DNA of 64,000 nt from Octopus vulgaris. Lineage: Eukaryota. The notes beneath the pieces are model-generated. The model was given only the letters and a program-made list of their open reading frames with translations, made no database searches and had not been told where the DNA came from. Every line of letters starts with the position of its first letter. The stretch's first letter is position 1. The translations under genes and the position numbers were made by a program. The stretch lies in the NCBI GenBank assembly GCA_951406725.2, contig OX597825.1:74710001-74774000 (forward strand), in the 5' to 3' direction. Positions 1-13,275 of the stretch are shown piece after piece.

Positions 1-448
1 CAGCGACAAGATTAATTTGGTTCCAAAGAAAATACTCTGCAGCAAAGAAATACATCAGAATGTGAGACAAACAAATAAATAAATAAGAATAGTAAATGAA
101 AATTAAAAAGAAAAATTTTATATTTTTTTTAGAAATTTTTGAATGAAAATAGAAAAAGCGGACAGGGCGTAACTAACATTAACAATAGCAAACTAAAATC
201 AATACTATATGAATAAACTACATCTCTGTACTTAATACATTATATTCTGTTGCACACTTCTTTATTTTGTAAAAGAGCCAGTTGTCACTCGTGAAAGTGT
301 ATGGCTTAGAAACATGTAGCATACTGACTAATTTAAGTCCAGGAATTGAACCCATGACATTATAATCGTGAGCCGAACACCCCTATCCACCAGGTCACAC
401 GTATTCACTATTTCATTATGGAACATAAACTACTGAGTAATTTTTACC

Positions 449-680
449 CATTTCTTTACTACCCACAAGGGAATAAACACAGAGAGGGCAAACGAGGACA
501 GACAAAGGCATTGAGTCGATTATATCGACCCCAGTGCGTAACTGGTACTTAATTTATCGACCCCTAAAGGATGAAAGGCAAAGTCGACCTCGGCGGAATT
601 TGAACTCAGAACGTAACGGCAGACGAAGTACCGCTAAGCATTTCGCCCGGCGTGCTAACGATTCTGCCATCTCGCCGCCA
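449..680 (-). mobile_element. SINE family A (tRNA-like head, Nin/Deu-like core), full length
   Basis: Minus strand reads ggcggcgagatggcagaatcg...gagttcaaattcc (B-box-like)...gtcgactttgcctttcatcctt...; 20-bp TSD actactgagtaatttttacc at 429-448 and 683-702. Confidence 0.9.
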
Positions 681-1039
681 TTACTACTGAGTAATTTTTA
701 CCATTATTTTCGACGCTAGCCTATCATTTCTGCTTTTCTCCAGTTGAATCCCTCTTGAATTTCTTGGAGGGAAAGCCTTCCCCTTGCAGATGCCGCTTTT
801 AATTGTCATCGATGATTCTCCAGCTTTTCTTGTTTTCCTTTTTTCTAGGTAAGAGTGTTGACCCAAGGCAAATCCATCTTAACCTCTGAGGAGAGATGGT
901 CTATATTTTGTCTAGACTCTGTCCTTTGATTTGTCTTGCATGGGTGGCCCATGTATATATCTGTGTGTATATGCGTGTGTGTAAGACAGAGAGAGGGAAA
1001 GTGCATATGTGCGTGTGCGTTGTATTAATAAGAGATTTC

Positions 1040-1067
1040 TATGTGTGTGTGTATGTGCGTGTTTGTG

Positions 1068-1138
<71 letters not shown>
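1040..1138. repeat. (GT)n microsatellite
   Basis: Direct inspection. Confidence 0.95.
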
Positions 1139-1139
<1 letters not shown>

Positions 1140-1334
1140 ATTGTTCAGTTTCATTTCAAGATTTTAGTCAATAGACAAAGAGCCGGTTTCTAACCTAGAT
1201 TCAAGGATCCTTCATTAGAATTTCGACATCAACAACATGGTATGTATGGTATACATGTATATAGGTATGTATGTATATGTGCAGAATTGTATGCTTTGCT
1301 TTATGTATGTATTCTCATGCATATAGTTGTATGT

Positions 1335-1530
1335 CTAGATATATTTAAAGAATATATTTAAAGGATAAACTTCTGGGAAAGTTTTACAGACTTTTACAGT
1401 TCCATTAAAGGATTGGATCTGAAGTCTTCGAATCAGCTTTCTCCTCTCTGGTTTTGTGAAGCCTAACTTCTCAAGATTTGTATTTAGGCAGTGTGCTACA
1501 TATCTCTGTACCCCAAAAATTACAGATTGT
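1335..1530 (-). mobile_element. 3' fragment of a restriction-like-endonuclease non-LTR retrotransposon (R4/Dong-like)
   Basis: Translation VIFGVQRYVAHCLNTNLEKLGFTKPERRKLIRRLQIQSFNGTVKVCKTF resembles the C-terminal 'IIIGALG...LQ...GT.KI..F' end of REL-clade ORFs. Confidence 0.55.
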
Positions 1531-1744
1531 ACATATGTATGCATCCATGAGTGTGTGTATACATACACACACATACGTTGATATAAATAATATTGCGCAA
1601 TTATAACGAAATAATATCTTGTTGCAAATCATTTTCACAGACAACTCAAAGAGTGTGAAAAGACATTCGTATTCATATAGTTATAATGGACTACTATGAA
1701 TCGCACACTCACATACACACACGCGCGTGCCAACGTATCTCTAA

Positions 1745-1792
1745 ATATAATTATATATACACATACATATGTGTGTGTATATATGTCTATGT

Positions 1793-1850
<58 letters not shown>

Positions 1851-1927
1851 TATATATATATATATGTAAACATGTATTTATATTATAATTATATTATATA
1901 TATATATGTGTGCATATATACACACAA

Positions 1928-2003
<76 letters not shown>

Positions 2004-2033
2004 TATGTATGTATATATATATGTGTGTGTATG

Positions 2034-2089
<56 letters not shown>

Positions 2090-2125
2090 TATATGTATGT
2101 ATATATGTAGATGTATATATATTCA
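1745..2125. repeat. Compound (TA)n/(TG)n/(TATG)n microsatellite
   Basis: Direct inspection; source of several spurious YI-rich ORFs. Confidence 0.95.
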
Positions 2126-2644
2126 TTTATATATTGATCTAATAAATATATATGTCTTATTTTCCTGGTGTCCATTTCACTTCATACAGTGTTTCCGACA
2201 AAGAAGATGGTCGTCTGTTTTAAACAATATCAGAGATAGATAAATAATTATATTTCAAACATCGACAAATAAAATAACAAAGCAATATTATTTCACTAAA
2301 TATTATTGATAGCTGTTTGCACTTATATACTAAAAGCTTAGATACGAAGATTTACACCGGTAGGGTGCAAAGACAGCGTCATTTCATTCCAATTAACCAA
2401 AGCTATAAAATGTACTAACATTGTTTCTTCCTTTTGCCACCGTTTGTAAGTTATTCTCGTGTGTTCTTTTAAGGCAGTTTTATTGTATGAAATATACCTC
2501 AGTATCTACATCGCTTGCGGTATTGTACGTCATGATGATTTGTTTTTGGTAGAACACAGTAATTTTCGAGGTTGTTACAATTGGTTTTGGTTTTCCATTT
2601 TGGTTGAAAGCTGCGGTTTCTATTCATATTGTTTATATTGTGAT

Positions 2645-2656
2645 AATATATATGCT

Positions 2657-2728
<72 letters not shown>

Positions 2729-2866
2729 GATACATACATACAAATATATGTATGTACATGTATATATATGTATGTGTAAATATATATATATATAAATGTA
2801 CGTATGTACATATATAAGTTTATATATATATATGTATATATATGCATATATATGTGTGTGTGCGCG

Positions 2867-2915
<49 letters not shown>

Positions 2916-2958
2916 GCATATGTAAATATGTATATACACACACATATATATACACATA
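2645..2958. repeat. Compound (TA)n microsatellite
   Basis: Direct inspection. Confidence 0.95.
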
Positions 2959-3006
2959 CTTGAAGGAGCATGTTGGGACGTCAATTGAAGTTAAATGTCG
3001 TTAAAT

Positions 3007-3146
3007 GACATTCCAGACATTCCTGACATTCCAGACATTCCTGATATTCCTGACATTCCTGGCATTCCAGACATTCCAGACATTCCTGACATTCCAGACA
3101 TTCCTGGCATTCCAGACATTCCAGACATTCCTGACATTCCTGACAT
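3007..3146. repeat. 9-bp minisatellite gacattcc(a/t), about 15 copies
   Basis: Direct inspection. Confidence 0.9.
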
Positions 3147-3254
3147 GGCTTGAAATGACGTGACCTCAAGTGAGGTCGTTAAATGGTGTGCCGTTAAACG
3201 ACGTTAGGTGATGAAGGAGCGTGGCGTGTCATGTCACGAATGTTATATTATGAC

Positions 3255-3540
3255 ACGTCACGGAATGGAATGGAATGTCACGTCACGTAACGTCACGGAA
3301 TGGACAATCCATGACATCCCAGACATTCCATACATGGCGTTCCAGACATTCCCTACATTCCAGACGTGACGTGACATTCCATTCCGTGACGTGACGTGAC
3401 ATTCCATTCCGTGACGTGACGTGACATTCCATTCCTTTTCATGACGTGACACGACTTGACGTAACGTGACGTGACATGACGTGACATGATATGATGTGAC
3501 ATGACATGACATGACATTCATGACATTCATGACATGACAT
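3255..3540. repeat. GTGAC/GACAT/CATTC 5-mer repeat field with an internal inverted segment
   Basis: cgtcacggaatggaat...gtcacgtcacg (3255-3290) is the inverse of cgtgacgtgacattccattccgtgacg (3365-3420). Confidence 0.8.
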
Positions 3541-3835
3541 TCATCGATCATCCTCCCTATGTTAGTGATTTGGTTCCTTCTGATTATCATCTGTTTCCCA
3601 GTATAGAAAAACACTCAGCTGAGCCCCAATATCGCTATGATGAGAACATCTTATCTGTTGTCGATGACCATTTTGATCAACAGAAATGCTTCTTCACCAG
3701 TGTGATCCAAGCTTTGCAACTACTTATGGAAGTGTGTGGACAGTAAGAGGAACTATGTTAGAAAATGAAGTTCATTTGGTCACATTCCATTGAGAGTGTC
3801 TTGCTCAGGTTATGAATATCTCAGCCGACCCTCAT
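3540..3835 (+). mobile_element. mariner transposase 3' relic with right end
   Basis: IDHPPYVSDLVPSDYHLFPSIEKH matches the mariner HPPYSPDLAPSDYHLF motif; followed by a TIR-like end ...cagccgaccctcata. Confidence 0.85.
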
Positions 3836-4884
3836 AATAATAAAAATTATTATCATACCTGCATTTGTTTTAATGTTAACATTGGAGGAATCCACATTTT
3901 TCATTAAAAAATTAAGACTGGTTTTGCAACCCCTTAGCAAATTTTGTTGCTGGGCCACTGGTTACATAGTTACAGAAGACAAGCTATGCATTGTAATTCT
4001 AATGGCCAGTTTTGTCACATGCACAGAGTCACGCTAATTCTGTCTCTGGCTTACATTGATGGCACAGACTTATGTTTGTAGAAAACTCAGCCAAAACGAA
4101 TTATAGATCTGATTTCGTGAAGCGGCGTCTATCAAACCCCGTGACATACCATGCTGATTCTGCTTAAATATTATGCTAAGAGCACAACTGTCAGTGAGTT
4201 AGACTGGATAATACAAAGGGTAAATATTTCGGTTAATCGAATTCTTGAAATAATCGATACGTTTACTTAAATTACTTTAATAGTGTGTAAATTTGATACC
4301 AAACCTACAGCACTATAGACAGCCTAGAAACAAATATATTGGTGGTGGGGAATGAAACAAAACAAATCAACAATAATTATGTAATAAAATAGATAATACT
4401 CTGGTATTAATCATTCTAAAACTGTTGAAAATTACATTCACACAAACTATTTGTTGATCGAGTTACCGATATAATCATTACATAGATAAAAATGATGGCC
4501 AAATCCTATCGTCTTGAAATTGAATAAAGCAGTCTTAGATACACTGTATCTAAAAAGAAACAAACAGATTGGTCACGATTGAACTCCTTTATATTACAGG
4601 TCAACTTAATCATGACTGGCCTGGGACTAAACAGTAAACAGTCACTGCAGTAAATTTTCTGGCGCCACTGGTGAGCTATACAAGCGTGTGGCACCTATTT
4701 ACAAATATTTTGATTGTGCAGTTTAGACTATCTTGGCAAAGCCGATGAAGAGAGTTTTAAATCGGTGTTCTTGGAGTATTCTATTTATTTTATAATTAGT
4801 AGCTCGCGGGTGCTCTCTTGTCGGGGTCCTTCTGTCTACTTCAGTATCCTATCATCTGTGAGAATTCTACATTGTATGCTTTGG

Positions 4885-4959
4885 TGGAGAGAAAGAGAGA
4901 GAAAGAGAGAGCGAGAGAAACAGACACACAGACAGAGAGATAGACAGATACACATATAT

Positions 4960-4991
<32 letters not shown>

Positions 4992-5069
4992 CACATAGAT
5001 AGATAGATAGATAGATAGACAGACAGATAGATAGATAGATAGATAGATAGACAGACAGATAGATAGATA
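4885..5069. repeat. (GA)n/(GATA)n/(GACA)n microsatellite
   Basis: Direct inspection. Confidence 0.95.
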
Positions 5070-5467
5070 AGTGAACAGTGTTTGTGAAATTTTGTTTTAC
5101 TTTCCGTCATCACACTAAACTAGTTTGGCTTTTCAAACCTGATATATAGTTGTTTTGTCTTTATGTTTATTTGCTTGTTTGTTTGTGTTTTGTGGGCGGT
5201 GAAGAGGATACTAACGAACTTGAAGTAATATATTTGCCAAGAAAGGGATGATTTTAAGGTAAATTCAATATAGTAAACTACGATTTTTAGAGCCTTAGCT
5301 GTGAAACGCAAACAAATGTAAATGCATCTGGTTTTGTTCTGTTTTTATTCTTTTTGCGCAAAGAAAAATAAAAGAATCATTCTGTGTACGAAGAGAATAA
5401 CAATATGCATTTACGTCTGTTTACGTTTCACAGTGAAGCCTCTAAGAGCAGTAAATCTTTTTGCTTG

Positions 5468-6108
5468 CGTCAGTCACTGGACATCGGCCTTGATGGAGGA
5501 CCGCCCTGAAGGGTTTTAGTCGAACGAATCGACCCCCAGTGCCTATTAGTTTAAGCCTCACTCTTTACTGAGCCACTAAGCTGCGGATTTAAACAAACCA
5601 ACACACATACATACATGTGTGTGTGTATATATATATATATATATCTGAGACTCACTTCGGACACGACACAGACCATGGGATTGCACCTAGAAAGTTACCC
5701 TCCCAGGCACTAGTCCGGGCAAGGCTGTTTATGGAAGACCAGCCTCCTCTCCCCGCGTCACCGATGTTATCCAAGGGAAAGGCAAAGGGGCCGATACAGC
5801 TTGGCACCTGTGACGTCGCAACTCATTTCTACTGCTGAGTGAACTGGAACAACGTGAAATAAAGTGTCTTACTCAAGAATACAACACGCAGCCCGGTCCG
5901 GGATTCGAACTCACAACCTCACGATCGTAAGCTCGATGCTCGAACCACTGAGCCATGCGCCTTCACGTATCTTTCAGTTTCCCTCAACCAAATTCTCTCA
6001 CAAGGCTTTATGGCCCCAAGGCTATAGTAGAAGATTCTTACCCAAGGTGCCCCATGCAACAGGATTGAACCCAGAACCATATGGTTGGGAAGTAAACTTC
6101 ACACCACA
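5468..6108 (-). mobile_element. SINE family D (internal-microsatellite SINE), interrupted by a family C copy
   Basis: D tail at 5468-5600, D head at 5970-6108, both matching the intact D copies at 11198-11571 and 18170-18545. Confidence 0.75.
5646..5966 (-). mobile_element. SINE family C (tRNA head, CORE-like body)
   Basis: Minus strand starts gtgaaggcgcatggctcagtggttcgag (A box) and contains gagttcgaatcccgg (B box); homologous to 8489-8815. Confidence 0.9.
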
Positions 6109-6152
6109 CGTCCGAGTTTAACTACATTATGTTTATCATAAATTATATAGTT

Positions 6153-6195
6153 TAGCAGCAGCAGTAGTAGCAGCAGTAGTAGTAGTAGCAGTAGT

Positions 6196-6227
<32 letters not shown>

Positions 6228-6254
6228 CAGTAGCAGTAGCAGTAGTAGTAGTAA

Positions 6255-6304
<50 letters not shown>

Positions 6305-6625
6305 CTAGTAGTAGTAGTAGTACTAGTAGTAGTAGTAGTAGTAGTGTCGCCGCTATAGTACAACTACTGCTGATAGTACTAATGCTGTTCCTGCTTTTGT
6401 TACGACCGCCACCACCGCCTCAACTACCTCTTCGTCTAAATACGGTGGTGGCGGCGGCGGTGGTGGTGGTGGAGTGGTTGTGGTCGTGGCGGTGGAAGTG
6501 ACAGTGGCGGTCGTGGGGATGGTGGTCGTGGTGGTGGTGGTCGTCGTCGTTGTGGTGGCGTTGGTGGTGACAGTGGTGGCAACGATGGTGGTGGCGACGA
6601 TGGTAGTGGTGGCGGTGGTGATGCC
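6153..6625. repeat. (AGC)n/(AGT)n/(GGT)n trinucleotide low-complexity field
   Basis: Direct inspection. Confidence 0.9.
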
Positions 6626-6983
6626 GTTATAACCTAGTCTAACCAATAATGAGCAAATGGTTATTCCCCATTAATTATAAACTCAATAGTTATCTCCCTT
6701 ACATTTCACAATTTAATTTAACAGAAACCAACTAAAATTAAATTTTTTTTACTGGGTGCGGCAAAAAAAACATTCTACGCCTTACAAATAGACAAACGTT
6801 ACGAAATCAAACGTATGGTGTGTATCGATTTCAACTACGATAGCAATAGAATTTTTAACTTCCGAAAGATTAGCTGCATTTGCTTAACTTTGCTAGTGCC
6901 ACACCAGTAGACGTGTAAAATATGCGAGGATTGTTTTGCAGCAAGTGCTTTACATGACTGCAGATTCGATAAGCTAATTAGAA

Positions 6984-7152
6984 GTAGTGGAGTCACGTAG
7001 TGGAGTCAGGTAGTGGAGTCACGTAGTGGAGTCACGTAGTGGAGTCGCGTAGTGGAGTCATGTAGTGGAGTCGCGTAGTGGAGTCACGTAGTGGAGTCAC
7101 GTAGTGGAGTAGCAGGAGAGTCACGTAGTGGTGCTGTAGTAGAGTCACGTAC
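6984..7152. repeat. 13-bp minisatellite gtagtggagtcac, about 12 copies
   Basis: Direct inspection. Confidence 0.9.
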
Positions 7153-7184
7153 TGGAGACGATATGATTGACTATAACTCTGCCA

Positions 7185-7480
7185 GGACCGCCGCGCCACC
7201 GTCGCTGCCACAACCGCTAACACCGCCCCGCCGCCGTTGCCATCGCCACTTCCACCGCCGCCGTGGTCGCCGCCGCCGTGGTCGCCGCCGCCGTGGTCGC
7301 CGCCGCCGCTGTCGCCTCCGACACCATCACCGCCATCACCACCACAACCACTAAAACCACCACCAGCAGCACCACCATCACCTCTACCACAACCACCACC
7401 ACAAGCATCGTCACCGCTACCACAATCACATCGCTACCACATCCATCACCACCACCACCACTATTACTACTACTACTATG
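7185..7480. repeat. (CCG)n/(CAC)n low complexity with a 15-bp unit ccgccgccgtggtcg x3
   Basis: Direct inspection. Confidence 0.85.
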
Positions 7481-7744
7481 TTAATGCCACAAGATCCAGC
7501 TACCAATATTATTAACAAGATCGTTCGAGCTGTGAAGAGCAAATTGCGGCCCGCGGGACTTTCTGAAGGGCATGCCATCGAAAATTTACCTTGCGCTTTT
7601 CTACTAATCCATCCTGACTAATGATGAACTAATGATGTCTCATGCGGTCCGCTTCTCGAAAATTGTTACCTATACATGAGCTAGAACGTCGGATCAAACG
7701 CTTTGTGGTGTTTGTTCCCGCTCGTTCAACACACAGACAGATAG

Positions 7745-7822
<78 letters not shown>

Positions 7823-8488
7823 ACACGTGGGTTGCTTCAGGACAGGAAAATAATACATTTCAAAGGTACATCCCTTTTCTTATTTTTATTCTTTTCTTGT
7901 AGAGTTGGGGTCACTTCGAGTTGTGAAGGGCCCTTGATATTATAGCAAACTGTCCCTCAAATGTTCCTTCGTAGACTAGAAACGTCTGTTGTCTACCATA
8001 ATTTTTTTTGTTTGCTTAGAGGTGCCTAATGCGTTATCCTCCAGTTGTGCAGCTAAACGCATTTTCCTTCTTACGCGCTTTCTCCATGGCTTCTTTGCTT
8101 TCTTTTATTGCTTTATTCTTATATTCAGACCGTCCTTGACCTTTCCATCCTTCTCCAGTTTCCAGGCTTCCATCCCTACCCCCATCGTTATAACCTGATT
8201 TCTTGATCCGTGATTTCTCGAACTTAGACTTCTGCTTCATCGTAACCAATCCCTTCGACGTATTCAAAGCCAGTTTCCGTGCGACGCTGGGACCCTCAAT
8301 TTCTGCACCTTGTTGTTGCTACTGTTCCAGTTCCCTTCTTTATATTTTGACCTTCTCTTGAAACAATTTCGTCAAACGGCCCTTGTTGCCACACCTTTCA
8401 TAGCACGGTCCCCTTGACTTGCATCACAAATCTCATGACCTGTTTCTTCACCCACACCGATCTGCTAACTTGAATGGGGGATATATAT

Positions 8489-8815
8489 GCTGAGACCCCC
8501 TTCGGTCATGACTGACCATGACATTGCACCTAGAAAGTTACCCTCCCTGGCACAAGTCCGGCAAGGTTGTTTATGGAAGACCAGCAGTGGCTCATGCATA
8601 CCGGCCTCCCCTATCCACGCCACCGATGTTACCCAAGGGAAAGGCAAAGGTCGATACAGCTTGGCACCCGTGACATCGCAACTCATTTCTACAGCTGAGT
8701 GAACTGGAGCCAACGTGAAATAAAGTGTCTTGCTCAAGAACACAACACGCAGCCCGAACTCACAACCGCACGATCGTAAGCTCAACACTCTAACCACTGA
8801 GCCATGCGCTTTCAC
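8489..8815 (-). mobile_element. SINE family C
   Basis: Homologous to 5646-5966; tRNA-like head at 8750-8815. Confidence 0.9.
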
Positions 8816-8819
8816 GTGG

Positions 8820-8854
8820 GATATGTGTGTGAGTGTGTGCGCGTGCGTGTGTGC

Positions 8855-8911
<57 letters not shown>

Positions 8912-8978
8912 GGAGGAGGAGGATGACGATGATGGTGATAATAATAATGATGATGATGATGATGATGATGACGACAGC

Positions 8979-9023
<45 letters not shown>

Positions 9024-9093
9024 GAAGAAGAAGAAGAAGAAGAAGAAGAAGAAGAAGAAGAAGAAGAAGAAGAAGAAGAAGAAGAAGAAGAAG
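8820..9093. repeat. (GT)n-(GAT)n-(GAA)n compound microsatellite
   Basis: Direct inspection; source of poly-D/E and poly-M/K ORFs. Confidence 0.95.
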
Positions 9094-9299
9094 ATAGTCA
9101 ACAACCAGAGTAACGACAGCTACAGAACCACATCATCAACTACAACGTGCACACAGATTATCAGCCAAATCTCATTCAAATCGGATCTAACCGTCTTGCA
9201 AACAGTAAGCACGCAATGAATAAATATTGTCCTGAATCTAATTTGGCTTACTTAAAAGATGTGATCGTTATATTTGTCCCTCCTTGAACCCATGCCTCC

Positions 9300-9790
9300 A
9301 GAAAGACATTCAGCACCTGGAACGGGTTCAGCACTTAGCTACCCGAATGGTCGCGAGCTTGTCTAAGCTTACGTATAAGGTACATCTCCAACGGCTGGCA
9401 TTTAGTTTCACTCGAACGACGGAGGATGCGGGGAGATCTCATCCTGGCTTTCAGCATCTTTAACGGGAATGTAAACCTACCATTTGCGGAGTTTATCACC
9501 CCTGCGCCGGATCGAGGTCTTGTGGGCATGATTGCAAAGTCTATGTCCGACACTTTCGACTCAACAGGCGGAAGGCCGCATTCTCCGTCCGTATCGCAAA
9601 CCCATGGAACAAGCTACCACAGGATGTTATTCAACTGCCCACCACTCCCCTGTCCAAAGAGGCTCTGGACAACTGTGGCCACTATGTATAAAACTGTATA
9701 TAACAATAACTGTTTTTGCTTTGTGAGGAGGGGTTTAAATGGCTTAAGCACATTGTACTCTTCTCCTGCCAATAAACTTGATTTGATTAA
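9300..9790 (+). mobile_element. CR1/L2-group LINE 3' end (ORF2 C-terminus relic)
   Basis: Frameshifted translation LVSLERRRMRGDLILAFSIFNG...GHDCKV...RLNRRKAAFSVRIANPWNKLPQDV, the typical CR1-group ORF2 C-terminus; ends aataaacttgatttgatt. Confidence 0.85.
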
Positions 9791-10544
9791 ATTAAACGAG
9801 GGTGTTCCATTAGAACAAACCAGCTACCTTGAGAGAAGCACGCATATTGACATTTTGGGACAAAAATGAACTCTTCATATTGCTGGCGGGGAGATAAACC
9901 CCGCCACATCGCGTGATTTCGACCTTGCGTGGTCTTGTCAATGATGGACACTCGACCGCTAGAAGCTTGCGACATAAACAAGGGTGCATTTTGCACCAAA
10001 AAGCCAATATGAGAGTTTCTCTCGTGGTAACTACCGCAGTATAGCTTGTTTTAATACAACACCCACCTTTAAGTGGGATTAAATATCACCGCTCGGCATT
10101 AATACTACCTATGTCGCTAATATATATATATATTTAACAAGCTAGATGAGATGGTTATGCCCGGAACGCTTTAGATCAAATGTCTGCTGAATTAGTATTG
10201 ATCGAGAACTAAAAATCAACATATTGAAATATATGTCAATGAGAGAGCCGCTGCATAGTTCATTTCATTCGGCCAGGTAGATATAGTAACCAAACCTCCC
10301 TCAAATCGAAAGTTGATGTTATGATAAAAAAAAAGTGTAATATATTGTGTAGCCTTCGGATAATTCTTAAAATACAAAATTATGGGTTCTTCGCTGCTGG
10401 ACTACTTCAGATCACAGGTCTGCTTATCAGAGTTGATTTAAGTTAAAGTCAATCCTGAGCAGGGCTATAGAACAACATGTAGCTCTGATGGATGGTCGTT
10501 GAATCCTTGCTGAATTCATCCACCCTTGTATACTTGGAATAAGA

Positions 10545-10720
10545 TACCAGACGAGATGGTGAAGATGCCGACGACCGCTCGGTTCAAAGTCTCCCTTGAC
10601 CTCAAGTGGCCTGAACTCTTTACATGAACACCACCCTGTACATAACTCCATGTCCCCCTACATGGCCTTGCTTTTAGCTTTTTGAGCCAAAAAATTAACT
10701 AACTAACTAACTAATTAACT
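10545..10720 (+). mobile_element. Second CR1-like LINE extreme 3' end with (TAAC)n tail
   Basis: PDEMVKMPTTARFKVSLDLKWPELFT* then a 3' UTR and ttaactaactaactaactaa. Confidence 0.6.
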
Positions 10721-11197
10721 TGATTAGGGTATGACCGACGAGTGAAACAATAATCATATTCAACAGCACAGGCATAGTTAGTTTAACTCCCTCGCCTCTT
10801 CCTTGGAGTCCATTTTGTGGTATTCTATCCAATCATTCCAGCCGAATCACTACTCTGAATATATTCCCTTATTCGCGCCGGTCTTAGTTAATCTGGAAAA
10901 GATCGTAAGATTATAGGTGTTGCTGTTCTTGTTCTGTTTAATCTAAAAATAGAAACACAAGCAGAATTCATAGGCGTAGCTGTGTGGTAAGAAGTTTGTT
11001 CCGAACCACACGTTTCCGGGTTCAGTCACGCTGTGTGATACGTTGGGCAAGTGTCTTCTACGATATCTCCTGACAGACCAGGCCTTGTGAGTGGATTTGG
11101 TACACGAAAAATGAAAAGCTCCTCGTGAGTGTGTGTGTGCTTGTGTGTGCGTGTGTGTGTGTGTGTTTGCGTGTGTGTGCAAGTATATATATATATA

Positions 11198-11571
11198 CTC
11201 TTTTACTTTTTACTCTTTTACTTGTTTCAGTCATTTGACTGCGGCCATGCTGGAGCACCGCCTTTAGTCGAGCAAATCGACCCCGGTCTCTTTTGCCGAA
11301 CCGCTAAGTAACGGGGACGTAAACACACCAGCATCGGTTGTCAAGCAATGCTAGAGGGACAAACACAGACACACAAACATATACACACACATATATATAC
11401 ATATACATGTATACGACAGGCTTCTTTCAGTTTCCGTCTACCAAATCCACTCACACGGCATTGGTCGGCCCGGGGCTATAGCAGAAGACACTTGCCCAAG
11501 GTGCCACGCAGTGGGATTGAACCCGGAACCATGTGGTTGGTAAGCAAGCTACTTACCACACAGCCACTCCT
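11198..11571 (-). mobile_element. SINE family D, young full-length copy
   Basis: Head aggagtggctgtgtggtaag...gggttcaatcccactgcgtggcaccttgggcaag, internal (TA/TG)n, tail ending (AAAAGAGT)-like repeats. Confidence 0.9.
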
Positions 11572-11581
11572 ATATATATAT

Positions 11582-11895
11582 ATTTAAATAATGAGGGAAA
11601 TAAATTAATATTAATTTAATTAATATCAATTTAAAACCAGTAGCCTAGCATACAAAAATCTGAAAAATCAGAGAAAATTCTAATACATGTGTATATTTAA
11701 AGGGCAAAAACCACCGCCGGTCTGTGAGTAATTCTTGTTTTTTATATAATTTTCATCTGTCTTGCCCGCATATTGTTTTGGTCTCCGCTGAATTTTCCTC
11801 TAGAGAACATTCTTTTCTTTGTAGTTTGATCGTAGGTGATCTACTTCTAGCATACGGCTGACCACCTAGTGGTTTTTGCCCTTTAAATATATATA
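11582..11895. mobile_element. Unclassified element with an internal ~23-bp inverted repeat, flanked by (TA)n
   Basis: tatatttaaagggcaaaaaccac (~11692-11714) pairs with gtggtttttgccctttaaatata (~11870-11892). Confidence 0.6.
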
Positions 11896-12409
11896 TATGT
11901 GTGTGTGTGTATGTGTGTGTGTATCTTTGTGTTTGTGCTTCTCCCCTCAACGCCACTTGGTTCGTTTATGTTACTGTGACTTAGAGGTTCAACAAAGAGA
12001 CCAATAGAATAAGCACCATTTTTAAAAAAATGAAATAAATTATGGAGGTTGATTCGTTCGACTGCATGGCTGCAGTACAATGACTAAAATACGTAAAAGG
12101 AAAACATAAAAGGCAGGATAAATGCACAAGGGAGTTAACCATCGGTAAGTTGTCACGTGGCTAATCAAAATAAATCGTCGTAAGCGGGAACGGAATAGCT
12201 TATAACGACAGTCGTGAGAAAGACAAGCCATGAGATGTTGAACTTACTTCGATTCACGTTAGACTATGCTGGTCTATTGATGATGTGGATCAATCTTTTA
12301 ATCAATCATAAAGTTTGTGCAGCGAATTTTTAATTTAGTTTTAAAGATATAGCTTTATTCTCCATGCCAACAGCAGACATGCCTAATGATAAATTACTTT
12401 TTTCATCAA

Positions 12410-12601
12410 GCACACACATACACACACACACACATACATACGCACACATACATATACACACAAATATATATGTATATATAATATAAATTATATATACACA
12501 TGTATGTATATATCTATATGTATGTATACATATACATATATGTATGTATATATTCACATACATATATATATATATATGCATATGTGTATATATGTATATG
12601 C

Positions 12602-12637
<36 letters not shown>

Positions 12638-12648
12638 ATATATATATG

Positions 12649-12694
<46 letters not shown>

Positions 12695-12709
12695 CATATA
12701 TATATGTAT

Positions 12710-12764
<55 letters not shown>

Positions 12765-12793
12765 TATGTATATGTGTGTATGTATATGTGTAT
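12410..12793. repeat. Compound (CA)n/(TA)n microsatellite
   Basis: Direct inspection. Confidence 0.95.
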
Positions 12794-13275
12794 AGTTTCT
12801 TTACATCCATAAAAGAAACTAGTTGCTTCATTGTTCTTTTGAAAGTATACTGTAATTAAAATGGAATGTTGCTTTGATATTTTCTGATTGTAATTAATTC
12901 AATAGCTGATTAATTCTATTTATATTACTAATTACTTTAAGTACTTAGAGAAGTTTCATTCTACATTATCGATAAACTAGTGTTTTAAAATCTTGTTCAA
13001 TACAATTAAGAAAAAGGAAATGAGAAACAGTGGTCTTCATAAAATCCCCCATGGGCGTTACCATTGTAAGCGTAAAGGAAACGCTGGCAGAAGCTTCAGG
13101 CGATCGCCAGATCAGGCTAGAAACAGCAGCCAAATCATTTTCATATTATGCCCTGCCATCCTAAAAGAAATAGTGGGGGAGGGGAAACGTAGACCTTAGA
13201 TAATGTACATATAACATATTAGTTCTTGCTCTTTGGTGATTGTTCATGATCGTAAGTGTACAATGGATGATCAGT

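Larger units (their letters stand above)
10971..12112 (+). mobile_element. Old SINE family D copy split by nested insertions
   Basis: Head at 10971-11125, degenerate tail at 11925-12112; a younger D copy and an inverted-repeat element lie inside its microsatellite. Confidence 0.7.

Noticed and set aside
2981-3169. Cys-rich (CQE/CLE)n metallothionein-like ORF
   Set aside because: Translation of a 9-bp minisatellite with a TTG start; no gene context
4600-4670. Splice-flanked segment (ttacag ... gtgagc)
   Set aside because: Stop codons in all three frames
7900-8460. Possible LINE ORF1-like coding relic on the minus strand
   Set aside because: Lys/Glu-rich fragments with stops and no recognisable motif; cannot be assigned
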